Source: Candidatus Eiseniibacteriota bacterium
GTDB taxonomy: Bacteria > Eisenbacteria > RBG-16-71-46 > CAZAMP01
Length of the DNA stretch: 64,000 bases
Reading direction: 5' to 3'
Assembly: GCA_965224245.1 (NCBI GenBank)
Contig: OZ245046.1
Span: 2,656,001 to 2,720,000, forward strand
Below, in pieces: positions 48,615-58,552 of the stretch. Within the stretch, counting starts at the first letter, position 1. Each line of letters begins with the position of its first letter. Position numbers and translations under genes: made by a program. A model generated the notes under the pieces. It was not told the DNA's origin, ran no database searches, and saw only the letters and a list, made by a program, of their open reading frames with translations.

Positions 48615-48717
48615 GGTGTCTCCAGCGTACGGTCGGTGAGAGCCGGTCCCGGCTGAGCCGGGTGACGTCGAGGGTCTGGATTGACGGTGTTTCGATGCGT
48701 CATCGGCCCGAATCGGT

Positions 48718-49215
48718 TCAGACCTCGGCCGCCAGACAGCACTTCTTGTACTTCTTGCCGCTCCCACACGGACAGGGGTCGTTCCGGCCGACCTTGGGCT
48801 CGTCCCGGTGAATGGGCGATTGCTTCACCATCTCGCCCTCCGAGAAGACCCAGGTCCCGTCCACGCGTTCGAACCTGGCGAGCTCGTGGTGCGTGGCCAC
48901 CTTGTCTCCGACCTTGTACGTGGCCGTGAACTCGACGGACCCCTGATCGTCGTCCTTCCCGCCGGCCTCGGTCGACTTGACCTCGAAGCCGAGCCACGTG
49001 GCGGCCTCGCCCCACTGCTCGGTCTCCTTCGGGTCGTAGTCGGTCCGGGCGCTGGGATGCAGGGTCTCGCCGAGGTAGTCGTACGCCTTCTTCACGTAGG
49101 CCGAGTACCGCGAGCGCATCAGCTCGACGGCGGTCTCGGGCGTCTCGGCGCCCGAGATGAAGCGACCGCAGCACGTCTCGTACGCCGGGCCGGCTCCGCA
49201 GGGACATGCACTCAT
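48718..49215 (-). CDS. ychJ: YchJ family protein with SEC-C motifs
   Basis: CPCG...[20 protein letters not shown]...F and [18 protein letters not shown]. Confidence 0.9.
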   Translation of the reverse strand: MSACPCGAGPAYETCCGRFISGAETPETAVELMRSRYSAYVKKAYDYLGETLHPSARTDYDPKETEQWGEAATWLGFEVKSTEAGGKDDDQGSVEFTATYKVGDKVATHHELARFERVDGTWVFSEGEMVKQSPIHRDEPKVGRNDPCPCGSGKKYKKCCLAAEV

Positions 49216-49366
49216 CAGATGGATCCTCCAGGGTTTCCGACCGGATAGTGTGCCTCAAAACCCGGTCCTGACCAATCCCCGAAGAGCCCTGCTCCCCCGC
49301 GGAGCCGCCCGGCGGACGCCGTCCCTCGGGCCCCATCCGCGCTCCGCGCCCGTTGGACCGGGAGCA

Positions 49367-50857
49367 CTAGAAACGAGACTGGAAGGTCTCCAGCTCCCAC
49401 TTGTCCTTCTTCTCGTTGAGCGTGGCGCAGAGGATCTTCTTGCCATCGGTCCGGACGTTCACGAGCCCGTACGTCACCGAGTCGACCACCCGGGTGCCGC
49501 GATGATACGAGCGGGAGACCTTCTCCGGGTTCAGGTCTCCCGAACGCTGTACCTCGTAGCGAAGGGTCGCCTTCTCGGCCGGCGTCAACGTCACACCGGC
49601 CGGCGCCGTTCCCGGGTAGTCGGCGTCCTGGATGGACGTCAGCCGACCGATGTCGATGCTGCGCGAGATCTCGGTGGAGTACACGAGCGGCGTCTTCATC
49701 TCGTCGTTGGCGATCGTCACGTGGCCCACCTGGCCCGCCGTCGCCACGATGGAGGGGCGCGGATGGGAGTGTCCCTCGTTGTCGCCGGACGAGATCACGG
49801 TCGCCGCGGCGCCCATCGCCTGGAGAAATGTATACGAGACGTCCTCGCTGCCGTGGTGGCACCCCTTGGCCACGTCACACGCGAGATCCAGCCGACTGTC
49901 CACATCCTCGAGGAGAGCGGCCATCGATCGCTTGTTCAGGTCGCCGGTGAGAAGGATGCGCGTGTTCTTGTAGTCGAGTCGCAAGAGAAGGCTGTGCCCG
50001 TTGGTGTTCTGGCTGGTCGACGACGTGTAAGCGCGGTACGCGGGTCCTCCCGCGCCGTCGTCGAACTCCACCGGCGCGAGGATCTTCAACGTCGCCCGCG
50101 GCTTCCCCGAACGGGGCTCGAAGCCCGGCACCCAGCCGTCGTGATGGCTCAGGCGCCGGATGTCGCAGCCGTTGGCGATCGCGGCGGTCATGAAGTTCGC
50201 CCACTCTCCCTGGAGCTTAGGGCCGGGCTTCGATGGATCCAGCGCGTCCTTGACCGCGGTGCGATTGCCGAGGAGCTGAACCAGGAACTTCGTGCCACCG
50301 ATCTTCCGGATCGGACCGAGCCATCTCCCGCCGCCGGGCTTCCGCCACCACGACACCCCCGCGTGGTACAGGACGTCGACGTCGACGCCCTTGGCGTCGA
50401 GCTCCGCGGTCGCCTCCGGGGTCGTGCTCAGCAGGTCCCAGAGCCCACCGTAGTGGTCGGAGTCACAGTGCGAGGCAATCATCGCGTCGAGCTTGATTCG
50501 GGTCTTTCGGTAGTCCTTGGCGAACTTCCAGTCCACGAAGTCGGCTGCGTTCTTGCCCGTCGCCTGGCGCTCTCGGATGTACCCGCCGTCGATCAGGATG
50601 TGCCTGCGATCGGGTGTGCAGATCAGAACGCCATCCCCTTGGCCGACGTCGATGAAGTAGACCTCACACAGCGCCTCGCCGCCGAGTGCGCTCGTGTCGA
50701 CCGTTCCCGTACGGCCTCGCGCCTTCACCGTGGTCTTGCCGCCGCTCGCGCTCACGACCTCGACCTGATCGCCCCACAAGAGCTCGATCTTCCGGGTCTT
50801 TCCTCCCGAGACGTACCTGAGCGTTGCCGTGTCGGTGCGGACGTAGTCCTTCGCCAT
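49367..50857 (-). CDS. Stand-alone ComEC/Rec2-like metallo-beta-lactamase-fold hydrolase
   Basis: FIDVGQGD, LIDGG, SHCDSDHYGG, LTGD, HHGS and HSHP. GGAGG RBS. No TM segments. Confidence 0.85.
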   Translation of the reverse strand: MAKDYVRTDTATLRYVSGGKTRKIELLWGDQVEVVSASGGKTTVKARGRTGTVDTSALGGEALCEVYFIDVGQGDGVLICTPDRRHILIDGGYIRERQATGKNAADFVDWKFAKDYRKTRIKLDAMIASHCDSDHYGGLWDLLSTTPEATAELDAKGVDVDVLYHAGVSWWRKPGGGRWLGPIRKIGGTKFLVQLLGNRTAVKDALDPSKPGPKLQGEWANFMTAAIANGCDIRRLSHHDGWVPGFEPRSGKPRATLKILAPVEFDDGAGGPAYRAYTSSTSQNTNGHSLLLRLDYKNTRILLTGDLNKRSMAALLEDVDSRLDLACDVAKGCHHGSEDVSYTFLQAMGAAATVISSGDNEGHSHPRPSIVATAGQVGHVTIANDEMKTPLVYSTEISRSIDIGRLTSIQDADYPGTAPAGVTLTPAEKATLRYEVQRSGDLNPEKVSRSYHRGTRVVDSVTYGLVNVRTDGKKILCATLNEKKDKWELETFQSRF

Positions 50858-51074
50858 CATGTGCCTCCATCGGATCGAGCTCTCCACGCGAGAGGAGCGC
50901 GTGGTCGACATGTACCAATTCCAAATGAAGTAGCGCCGATAATTCAACTATGGGAACACGATTCTGCGACGCGCGCAAGCACTTGCGGTCCGGGCGGCTG
51001 CGCGGTGGACGTGACGGCGCCCGATCGCGATACTCCGGAGTTTCCGGATCGGATCCTCCAGGCAGGAGCCACGC

Positions 51075-52670
51075 GTGAGCGTCACCCCGGCCCTCGTGCT
51101 CCGAGGGATCTCGAAGTCGTACTTCGGCAATCAGGTGCTCAGAGACGTCGACCTCGACGTCGCGCCTGGCGAGATTCACGCGCTGGTCGGCGAGAACGGC
51201 GCCGGCAAGTCCACGCTGATGAACATCCTGTTCGGCATGCCGGTCATCCACGAGACCGGCGGATACGAGGGTGAGATCGAGCTCGGCGGCCGACTCGTGC
51301 GCCCCACCGCCCCCGCACACGCGATGGCCCACGGCGTCGGCATGGTGCATCAGGAGTTCATGCTGCTGCCGGGCTTCACGATCACCGAGAACATCAAGCT
51401 CAACCGGGAGCGCACGCGACCCACGATCGCGTCGCGCGTCCTCGCGCCCATCGGCGGCCGTACCCGGAACGCGCTGGAGACGCTCGACTATCCACGGATG
51501 AACGCCGACACGCGCCGGGCGCTGGACCAGATCGGCATGTCGCTCGACGAGGGGCTGCCCATCGGCGCGCTTCCGGTGGGTCACCTGCAGTTCGTGGAGA
51601 TCGCACGCGAGGTGGACAAGGAGAACGCACGGGTGCTCGTGTTCGACGAGCCGACGGCCGTGCTCACCGAGTCCGAGGCCGACGAGCTCCTGGGCGTCAT
51701 GCGACGACTCGCCGAGAGCGGCATCGCCATTCTCTTCATCACGCACCGTCTGGACGAGGTGTGCGCGATCGCCGATCGGATCACGGTGCTCCGGGACGGC
51801 GCGTGTGTGGGGCGACTCGATCGCGGCGAGGCCGCACCGGAGCGCATCGCCGAGCTCATGATCGGACGGGAGCTGAAGCCACGGACGACGTCGACGCGGG
51901 GCGACCAGACGGCCGAGCCGCTCCTGGTCATCGAGGATCTTCACGTGGAGATGCCGGGTGAGGGCGTCCACGGACTCTCGCTGTCGATCGGAGCCGGCGA
52001 GATCCTCGGCATCGCCGGTCTGGCCGGTCAAGGGAAGCTCGGGATCGCGAACGGCGTCATGGGCCTTCAGCCCGCGCGCGGGCGCGTGACGTTCCGGGGA
52101 CGCGACGTACCGCTGGGCAGCCCCATCGACGCGATCGACGCGGGGCTCGCGTTCGTCAGCGAGGACCGGCGGCGCGTGGGGCTTCTCCTCGACGAGTCGA
52201 TCGAGCGGAACATCGCCGCCACCGCGATCACCGCACAGGGGCGCTTCCTCCGGGGCGCCGGACCGCTCGCAATGGTCGACGAGACGTCGGTTCGGGCCCA
52301 TGCCGAGAAGATGGTCGGTGACTTCGACATCCGCTGCCGCGGCCCCCGCGACATCGTGCGGCGACTCTCCGGCGGCAACCAGCAGAAGGTCTGCCTGGCG
52401 CGGGCGATCACGCTGGAGCCCGAGCTCCTGTTCGTCTCCGAGCCCACGCGCGGCGTCGACGTGGGCGCGAAGGAACGCGTGCTGAACCTCCTCGTGGACA
52501 TGAACCGCTCCCGGGGCACGACGATCGTCCTGACCTCGAGCGAGCTCGGCGAGCTCCGGCAGGTGGCCGATCGGATCGCGGTCGTGGACGGCGGTCGCGT
52601 GGTCGGCATCCTGCCCCCCGATGCCCGCGACGTGGAGTTCGGGCTCCTGTTCGGCGGAGGCGGCGCGTGA
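51075..52670 (+). CDS. Sugar-type (CUT2) ABC transporter ATP-binding protein, two NBDs
   Basis: GENGAGKS, DEPT, ITHRL, LSGGNQQK and EPTRG.DVGAK. Confidence 0.93.
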   Translation: MSVTPALVLRGISKSYFGNQVLRDVDLDVAPGEIHALVGENGAGKSTLMNILFGMPVIHETGGYEGEIELGGRLVRPTAPAHAMAHGVGMVHQEFMLLPGFTITENIKLNRERTRPTIASRVLAPIGGRTRNALETLDYPRMNADTRRALDQIGMSLDEGLPIGALPVGHLQFVEIAREVDKENARVLVFDEPTAVLTESEADELLGVMRRLAESGIAILFITHRLDEVCAIADRITVLRDGACVGRLDRGEAAPERIAELMIGRELKPRTTSTRGDQTAEPLLVIEDLHVEMPGEGVHGLSLSIGAGEILGIAGLAGQGKLGIANGVMGLQPARGRVTFRGRDVPLGSPIDAIDAGLAFVSEDRRRVGLLLDESIERNIAATAITAQGRFLRGAGPLAMVDETSVRAHAEKMVGDFDIRCRGPRDIVRRLSGGNQQKVCLARAITLEPELLFVSEPTRGVDVGAKERVLNLLVDMNRSRGTTIVLTSSELGELRQVADRIAVVDGGRVVGILPPDARDVEFGLLFGGGGA

Positions 52671-53722
52671 TTCGTCTGCTCGCCCGGATCGGGCTCACGC
52701 GGCTGACGCTCTCGGCGTTTCTGCTCGTCTTGTGGGGCGCGAGCTATCTCGGCACCGATCTCGACTTCGGCATCCTGTTCACCGACTGCCTGGTGCGCGC
52801 GGGCATGAACGGGATCCTCGTGCTAGCGCTGGTGCCCGCCGTGCGCGCCGGCGTCGGGCTCAACTTCGGGATCCCGCTGGGGATCGTGTGCGGTCTCTTC
52901 GGCATGGTCGTCTTGATGGATCGAGACATCCGCGGGCCGGTGGGCCTCTTCGGCTCGATGGCGCTCGGCGCCGCGGTGGGTGCGATCGCGGGGTATCTCT
53001 ACGCGCTCCTCCTCGAGCGCGTGAAGGGCCAGGAGATGATGGTCGGCATCTACGTAGGCTTCGCGTCGGTGGCCGGTGCGTCGATCTTCTGGCTCGTGGT
53101 GCCGGTGGCGAACCCCGAGCTGGTCTGGCCGCTCGGCGGCGTGGGGCTGCGGAACACGCTCGTGCTCGCCGACTACTTCGAGCGCGTGCTCGACGCCTTC
53201 GGCTCGTTTCCGCTGGGCAACGGGACGTTCCCCACGGGGCTTCTCGTGTTCTGGCTGGGGGCGTGCGGGCTCTTCGCCCTGTTTCTGCGCACCCGGATCG
53301 GCGTGGCGCTGTCGTCGGCCGGCGCCAACCCGCGCTTCGCCGAGGCCAGCGGCGTGAACGTCCGGCGGATGCGCGCGCTCGGGATCATCCTGTCGACGTC
53401 GATGGCGGCGGTCGGCATCGTCGTGTTCAGCCAGTCGTACGGGTTCGTGCAGCTCTACAAGGCACCGCTCCTGATGGCGTTCCCGACCGTGGCGGCACTC
53501 CTGATCGGGGGCGCCAGCGTGCAGCGGGCGTCCATCGCGCACGTGATCGTGGGCACGTTCCTGTTCCAGAGCGTTCTGACCACGTCGCTGCCGCTCGTCA
53601 ACGAGCTCGTGGCGACGCGCGGCAGCGGTGGAGCCGAGCTCGGCAACATCCCCGAGATCGCGCGGCTCATCATCTCGAACGGCATCATCCTCTACGCGCT
53701 CACGCGGCGGGAGCGGTCATGA
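52667..53722 (+). CDS. ABC transporter permease (DUF3798-associated)
   Basis: Polytopic membrane protein with G.GLNFG, FA.ASG.N...MR and AALLIGGA. Confidence 0.88.
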   Translation: MIRLLARIGLTRLTLSAFLLVLWGASYLGTDLDFGILFTDCLVRAGMNGILVLALVPAVRAGVGLNFGIPLGIVCGLFGMVVLMDRDIRGPVGLFGSMALGAAVGAIAGYLYALLLERVKGQEMMVGIYVGFASVAGASIFWLVVPVANPELVWPLGGVGLRNTLVLADYFERVLDAFGSFPLGNGTFPTGLLVFWLGACGLFALFLRTRIGVALSSAGANPRFAEASGVNVRRMRALGIILSTSMAAVGIVVFSQSYGFVQLYKAPLLMAFPTVAALLIGGASVQRASIAHVIVGTFLFQSVLTTSLPLVNELVATRGSGGAELGNIPEIARLIISNGIILYALTRRERS

Positions 53723-54798
53723 TCGCGCGCTTCGTCCTGCCGAACCTCGTGCCCCTGCTCTTCGGCGTGCTGTGCGTGTTCGGCGTGGTCGCGGCCGGCA
53801 TTCCCTGGCCGTTCCTGGCCAACGAGATCCTGACCCGGCTGGCGCGGAACCTCTTCCTCGTGCTCTCGCTGATCATCCCGGTGGTCGCCGGAATGGGGCT
53901 CAACTTCGGGATCGTGGTCGGCGCGATGTGCGGTCAGGTGGGGCTCATCGTGGTCGAGAACATGGCCACCCTCGAGCGTGGGGTGACCGGCGGCCTGCAC
54001 GGCCTCGACGCGATGGGGCTGGCGATCCTGGTGGCGTTTCCCCTGAGCCTCGTCTTCGGATGGCTCACGGGCCTGCTCCTGAACAAGGCGAAGGGCCGCG
54101 AGATGATCACCGGGATGATCCTCGGGTTCTTCGCGAACGGCATCTATCAGCTCGCGTTCCTGTTGATGGCGGGGCCGATCATCCCGATCCGGAACGAGCG
54201 GATCCTCCTCCCCACCGGCGTCGGGCTTCGCAACACGATCGATCTGATCGCGACCAAGCAGCAGCTCGACGAGCTTCTCCGACCCTCGATCCCGTTCCTG
54301 GGGTCCCGGCTGTTCCTGCCGCTGGCCACGTTCGGGGTGATCGCGCTCCTGAACGTGGGCCTCAGGTGGTTCCTGCGCACGAAGGCGGGACAGGATCTGC
54401 GCGCCGTGGGACAGGACACGCACGTGGCCGAGATCGCCGGAATCGCGGTGAACGCGAACCGCGTGCGGGCGATCGTGCTGTCCACCGTTCTCGGGTCGAT
54501 CGGTCACATCATCTGGCTCTCCAACATCGGCGCCATGAACACCTACCAGAGCCACGAGCAAGTCGGGCCCTACGCGATCGCGGCGCTCCTCGTCGGCGGC
54601 GCGACCGTCGCGCGCGCGACCATCCGGCACGCGATCGTGGGCACGTTCCTCTTCCACACGCTGTTCATCGTGTCGCCGCTGGCCGGCCAGCGGCTGCTCG
54701 GCAGCGCACAGATCGGCGAGTACTTCCGGGAGTTCATCGCCTACGCGGTGATCGGGGTCACGCTGGCGCTGCATGCGTGGAAGCGGGGACGGTTCTGA
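53719..54798 (+). CDS. ABC transporter permease (DUF3798-associated)
   Basis: L.RL.RN.FLVLSLIIP..AG.GLNF, KGREMI and AALLVGGA. Confidence 0.88.
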   Translation: MIARFVLPNLVPLLFGVLCVFGVVAAGIPWPFLANEILTRLARNLFLVLSLIIPVVAGMGLNFGIVVGAMCGQVGLIVVENMATLERGVTGGLHGLDAMGLAILVAFPLSLVFGWLTGLLLNKAKGREMITGMILGFFANGIYQLAFLLMAGPIIPIRNERILLPTGVGLRNTIDLIATKQQLDELLRPSIPFLGSRLFLPLATFGVIALLNVGLRWFLRTKAGQDLRAVGQDTHVAEIAGIAVNANRVRAIVLSTVLGSIGHIIWLSNIGAMNTYQSHEQVGPYAIAALLVGGATVARATIRHAIVGTFLFHTLFIVSPLAGQRLLGSAQIGEYFREFIAYAVIGVTLALHAWKRGRF

Positions 54799-54834
54799 GC
54801 CGCACGCACGGCGGGCGATCGCCGCGGTGATGCC

Positions 54835-55281
54835 CTGGCGGTGGAGGCTCTTCACCCGCCCCCAGGACACGCGGCGTACCGGCGTCGCATCCGCGCTGGA
54901 GAACGTACCGGCGATGGTGAAGGGATGAGGACAGTCCGCGACGGGATCCATCGCGTCGACGCGTGCGTACACGCGGAGAATGCCCGACGCATACTCGGAG
55001 ATGAGCCACGAACACGACTCGAAGTCGTCGGCGACGCCTTCGCCGGTCTGGACCATCTCCTCCACCGCGAACGTGAAGATCGCGTCGGGCATCTCGGCGG
55101 CACGCGCGGCGAGGGTCCGGAGAAGGTCGTCGCGTCGCCGAAGAACTCGACGGGCACCGTGTACGGATCACCGGACTCGAACACTTTCCCGGTATCGATG
55201 TCGAACAGATCCAGGGCGCCGGCGAGCGCGGGGGCGCCCGACGATCAGGGAGGTCGTGAGAAGAACCGTGCGCGCCCTCAT
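54835..55281 (-). pseudogene. Disrupted gene for a small secreted protein with C-terminal SWGRVK motif
   Basis: GAGGAG RBS with ATG at 55281. Signal peptide MRARTVLLTTSLIV|GAPALA needs a frameshift near 55238. A second, compensating shift near 55110 restores the frame to ...ATPVRRVSWGRVKSLHR. The expected stop appears as CAG at 54835-54837. Confidence 0.6.
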
Positions 55282-55694
55282 GAGCCGACTCCTCGAGTGC
55301 GGGTTCACATCGACGGTCCCGAGGAATGACACCGCGCCCCGCTCGACCACGGCTGCGCACGCCGCCTCGCTGGCATCCGACGCCCCATGCCGACCCCATC
55401 GTCACGCTGCGGACTCGCCATGACGCACGGCACGGCGATCGGCCGACCCGGACCGGGTGCGACACGACGGACCGACACCCTGGTCATCGCGACGGGCCGT
55501 GCTGGACCGCTCTCCAGCGGATTCGCCGTTCTCCACCGGACTCGTCGGCGGGACATCCCGGGCGCGCCGGACGAGGGGACCGGAACGCCGGTCCCCGCCC
55601 GGGAATTGCATACCGAGCCGTTCCGCCCCCGTGTTGCCAACCCCAGACCCGCAGGCTAGGCTCTCAGCAACACGCTCGAACCCAGGAGGATCGA

Positions 55695-56936
55695 ATGCGC
55701 CCCATCCGAGGGCTTCGCTGGCTGAGTCCCATCGCGCTCACCGTCACGCTCGCGCTCGCCGCCGGCTGCTCCGGAGACGGAAGCGGCGACACGCAGAGGA
55801 CCACTCCCGGCTCCGACGCCGCCGCGACGTCGGGGGCCGGCGACGCCGCCATGGCCGACGGCCACCGCGCCGGCATGACCACCGCCGGTGCGGAGGGCAC
55901 CCACGACCTCGACTTCAAGGTCGGGATCATGACCGGCACCGTCTCCCAGGGCGAGGACGAGTACCGCGGTGCCGAACGCGTGATCCGGAAGTACGGCTCG
56001 GACCAGATCCGCCACGTCACATATCCCGACAACTTCATGACCGAGCAGGAGACGATGATCGCGCAGATCCTGAACCTCGCGGCCGACTCCGAGGTGAAGG
56101 CGATCGTCCTCGCCCAGGGCGTCCCGGGATCGATGGCGGCGATCAAGAAGGTCAAGGAGCTCCGGCCCGACATGCTCTTCCTGATCGACAACCCGCACGA
56201 GGATCCGCATCAGATCAGTCAGTACGCCGACGTGTGCGTGATCCCCGACGACCTGAAGCGCGGCGAGACGATCATGGAGCTCTCGCAGAAGATGGGGGCG
56301 ACCACGTTCATCCACTACTCGTTCCCCCGCCACATGAGCCAGGAGCTCCTGGCGCGCCGCAAGGACATCATGCAGGGCTACGCCGAGACGCACGGAATGG
56401 AGTTCATCTACGTCAACGCTCCCGATCCCACCGGCGATCAGGGGCTACCGGGCGCACAGAAGTTCATCCTGGAGGACGTGCCGCGGCAGATCGCGCAGCA
56501 CGGGAAGAGCACGGCCTTCTTCGCCACGAACTGCGGCATGCAGGAGCCGCTGATCCGCGCCGCGCTCGACGGCGGGGCGATCTTCCCCGAGCAGTGCTGT
56601 CCGTCCCCCACGCACGGATACCCGGGTGCGCTCGGCATCGCGATCTCGGACGAAGACGCCGGCAACATGGCGGCCATCCGGGATGCGATCGAGGAGAAGG
56701 TGACCGCCGCGGATCAGAACGGACGCATGGCCACCTGGCCCGAGTCCGTGGGCATGGTCGGGATCGCCGCGCTGACCGAGCTCGCGATCAAGGGCGTCCG
56801 CGGCGAGGTGAAGGTGAACGATCAGGCGGCGCTGACCGCGGAGTTCGAGACCGCGGCCGGAGTCGACGTGACGATGGTGCCGTTCGAGGACAAGGACAAC
56901 TACTACATGTTCCTCCTCGACAGCGTGATCTTCTAG
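55695..56936 (+). CDS. DUF3798 family ABC substrate-binding lipoprotein
   Basis: AGGAGG RBS, lipobox LAAGC, IMTGTVSQGEDEYR, TYPDNF..EQET, HYSFPRH, APDP and CCPSP..GYPGALG. Confidence 0.9.
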   Translation: MRPIRGLRWLSPIALTVTLALAAGCSGDGSGDTQRTTPGSDAAATSGAGDAAMADGHRAGMTTAGAEGTHDLDFKVGIMTGTVSQGEDEYRGAERVIRKYGSDQIRHVTYPDNFMTEQETMIAQILNLAADSEVKAIVLAQGVPGSMAAIKKVKELRPDMLFLIDNPHEDPHQISQYADVCVIPDDLKRGETIMELSQKMGATTFIHYSFPRHMSQELLARRKDIMQGYAETHGMEFIYVNAPDPTGDQGLPGAQKFILEDVPRQIAQHGKSTAFFATNCGMQEPLIRAALDGGAIFPEQCCPSPTHGYPGALGIAISDEDAGNMAAIRDAIEEKVTAADQNGRMATWPESVGMVGIAALTELAIKGVRGEVKVNDQAALTAEFETAAGVDVTMVPFEDKDNYYMFLLDSVIF

Positions 56937-57010
56937 CGCCGCCTTCCCGACGCGATCGCCGAACGCCGAGCCGCCTCGGTGTCGCCGATCGCCCGGGCCC
57001 CGGGGGCCGG

Positions 57011-58423
57011 CTACCGCGCGTCGGCCTCCGGTGCATAACGCGCCTTCACGCCCCCCCACGACGACCGTGTGACCGGCGTGTCGAGACACGACTCGTCACC
57101 CGCCCCGATCGTCTGGTCGCAGGTGACGCCCGCGGCGCAGGGTCCTCCTTCGGTGACGCCCACGTCCACGTCGTCGGTGGGCGCGCTCACGCAGGACGGC
57201 CGCGCGCAGAAGCACTCGGCCCCCGCGGCGGTGCCGTTCGTGGCCTCGAACGAGGCGTCGCCGAGAATCACGACCCCACCCTCGTCGATCGAGGAGCAGG
57301 TGGCCGTTCCGCGGGCGCTCTCGCCCGAGAGCCAGCCGTCCACCCCCGCGTCCGCGCAGTTCGCGCCGATCAGGGTGGTCGTCAGGTCGACGGCACCGGT
57401 GCCGGTGACCGCGATCCCGCCCCCGCTCGCCGCCGCGTTCCCGGCGACCGTCGTCGATGCCATGATGACGCTCGAGTCGACCACGTAGACGCCGCCACCG
57501 AGGCCGGACGCGATCCCGTCTCCCTCGGCGCGGTTGCCCACGACGCGCGTGTTCACGAGCGTGATGGCGGACGCGTCGCTGACCGAGATGCCCGCGCCGT
57601 TCGCCAGGGTGACGTTGCCGGCCACCAGGCATCGATCGAGCGTGCCCGTGCAGTCGTAGGTCCAGACGAGCCCACCGGTGAGGTTGCTCGTGATCGTACA
57701 CTCGGTGAGATCCGAGCGTGACACCTCCTGCGTCCACATGCCGCGGAGCCCGTTGTCCGTGATCGTGCACCGGGTCAGCGTCATGTTCGAGTGGAGGTTG
57801 ACCACGCCGTGCCACGTGTTGCCGGAGACGGTGGTCAACGTGATCAGCGTGTTGCCGACGTGTCCTGAGATGCCCACGCCGGTGTTGTCCACGACCTCGC
57901 ACTGGATGACGCGCGATCGGTCGTAGTAGCACATCAGGGCGCCGCCAGACGGGGACGTGTTGCCGGTGATGATGCAGCCCCGGATCGTGGGATCGGAACG
58001 CTTGATGTAGATGCCGGCGCCGATCTGGTTCTGCCAGCCGCCCTCGTTGCGGAGGTATCCGCCCCGGATGGTCAGGAACTCGACCTTCGTGGTGGACGGC
58101 TCCTCGTTCGTGATCAGGATCACGCGCGCCGGGTCCGCATCGCTGCCCATGGCGTCGATGATGCACGCCGTCGGATCCTCGCTCCGCGACCGGAGGACGA
58201 TGTTCTTTCCCCGGAAGCTGATGTTCCGGTTGCCTTCGCCGGAGTAGACGCCGTCCTCGAGCTCGATCACGGACCAGTCGTGCGCGAGATCGATCGCGGC
58301 CTGGATGTTGGGCGCGTCACCGAGCCCGTCGGGTCGCAGGCGAAACGTCTCGGCCGTGGAGGCGCGCGTGAAGACGAGAGCGGTGACGACGAGACACGTG
58401 ACGGCGAGTCGCTGAGCACGCAT
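57011..58423 (-). CDS. Secreted right-handed parallel beta-helix repeat protein with C-terminal SWGGVK motif
   Basis: Signal peptide, IQAAID.A, G.Y.G.GN.NI.F.GK, repeated C.I..N..GG units, and tail TPVTRSSWGGVKARY. Confidence 0.88.
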   Translation of the reverse strand: MRAQRLAVTCLVVTALVFTRASTAETFRLRPDGLGDAPNIQAAIDLAHDWSVIELEDGVYSGEGNRNISFRGKNIVLRSRSEDPTACIIDAMGSDADPARVILITNEEPSTTKVEFLTIRGGYLRNEGGWQNQIGAGIYIKRSDPTIRGCIITGNTSPSGGALMCYYDRSRVIQCEVVDNTGVGISGHVGNTLITLTTVSGNTWHGVVNLHSNMTLTRCTITDNGLRGMWTQEVSRSDLTECTITSNLTGGLVWTYDCTGTLDRCLVAGNVTLANGAGISVSDASAITLVNTRVVGNRAEGDGIASGLGGGVYVVDSSVIMASTTVAGNAAASGGGIAVTGTGAVDLTTTLIGANCADAGVDGWLSGESARGTATCSSIDEGGVVILGDASFEATNGTAAGAECFCARPSCVSAPTDDVDVGVTEGGPCAAGVTCDQTIGAGDESCLDTPVTRSSWGGVKARYAPEADAR

Positions 58424-58552
58424 GGCCTCTCCATGGCTCGAGCCGTTCGGGAGAGCACGGGGTCCCAATCTAGCACGGCATGGCAATCGGTTGGTGTATA
58501 CACGCTTACACGTGGTGACGGGCGGGCGGGTGGATCGAGGGGCCTCGGGAGG

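Noticed and set aside
48718-49215. SEC-C protein as part of a selenocysteine system
   Set aside because: SEC-C refers to the SecA C-terminal zinc motif. YchJ has no known connection to Sec insertion.
55640-55680. Glycine riboswitch suggested by CTCTCAG
   Set aside because: The other conserved elements (GGAGA, CCGAAG) are not present in the right arrangement.
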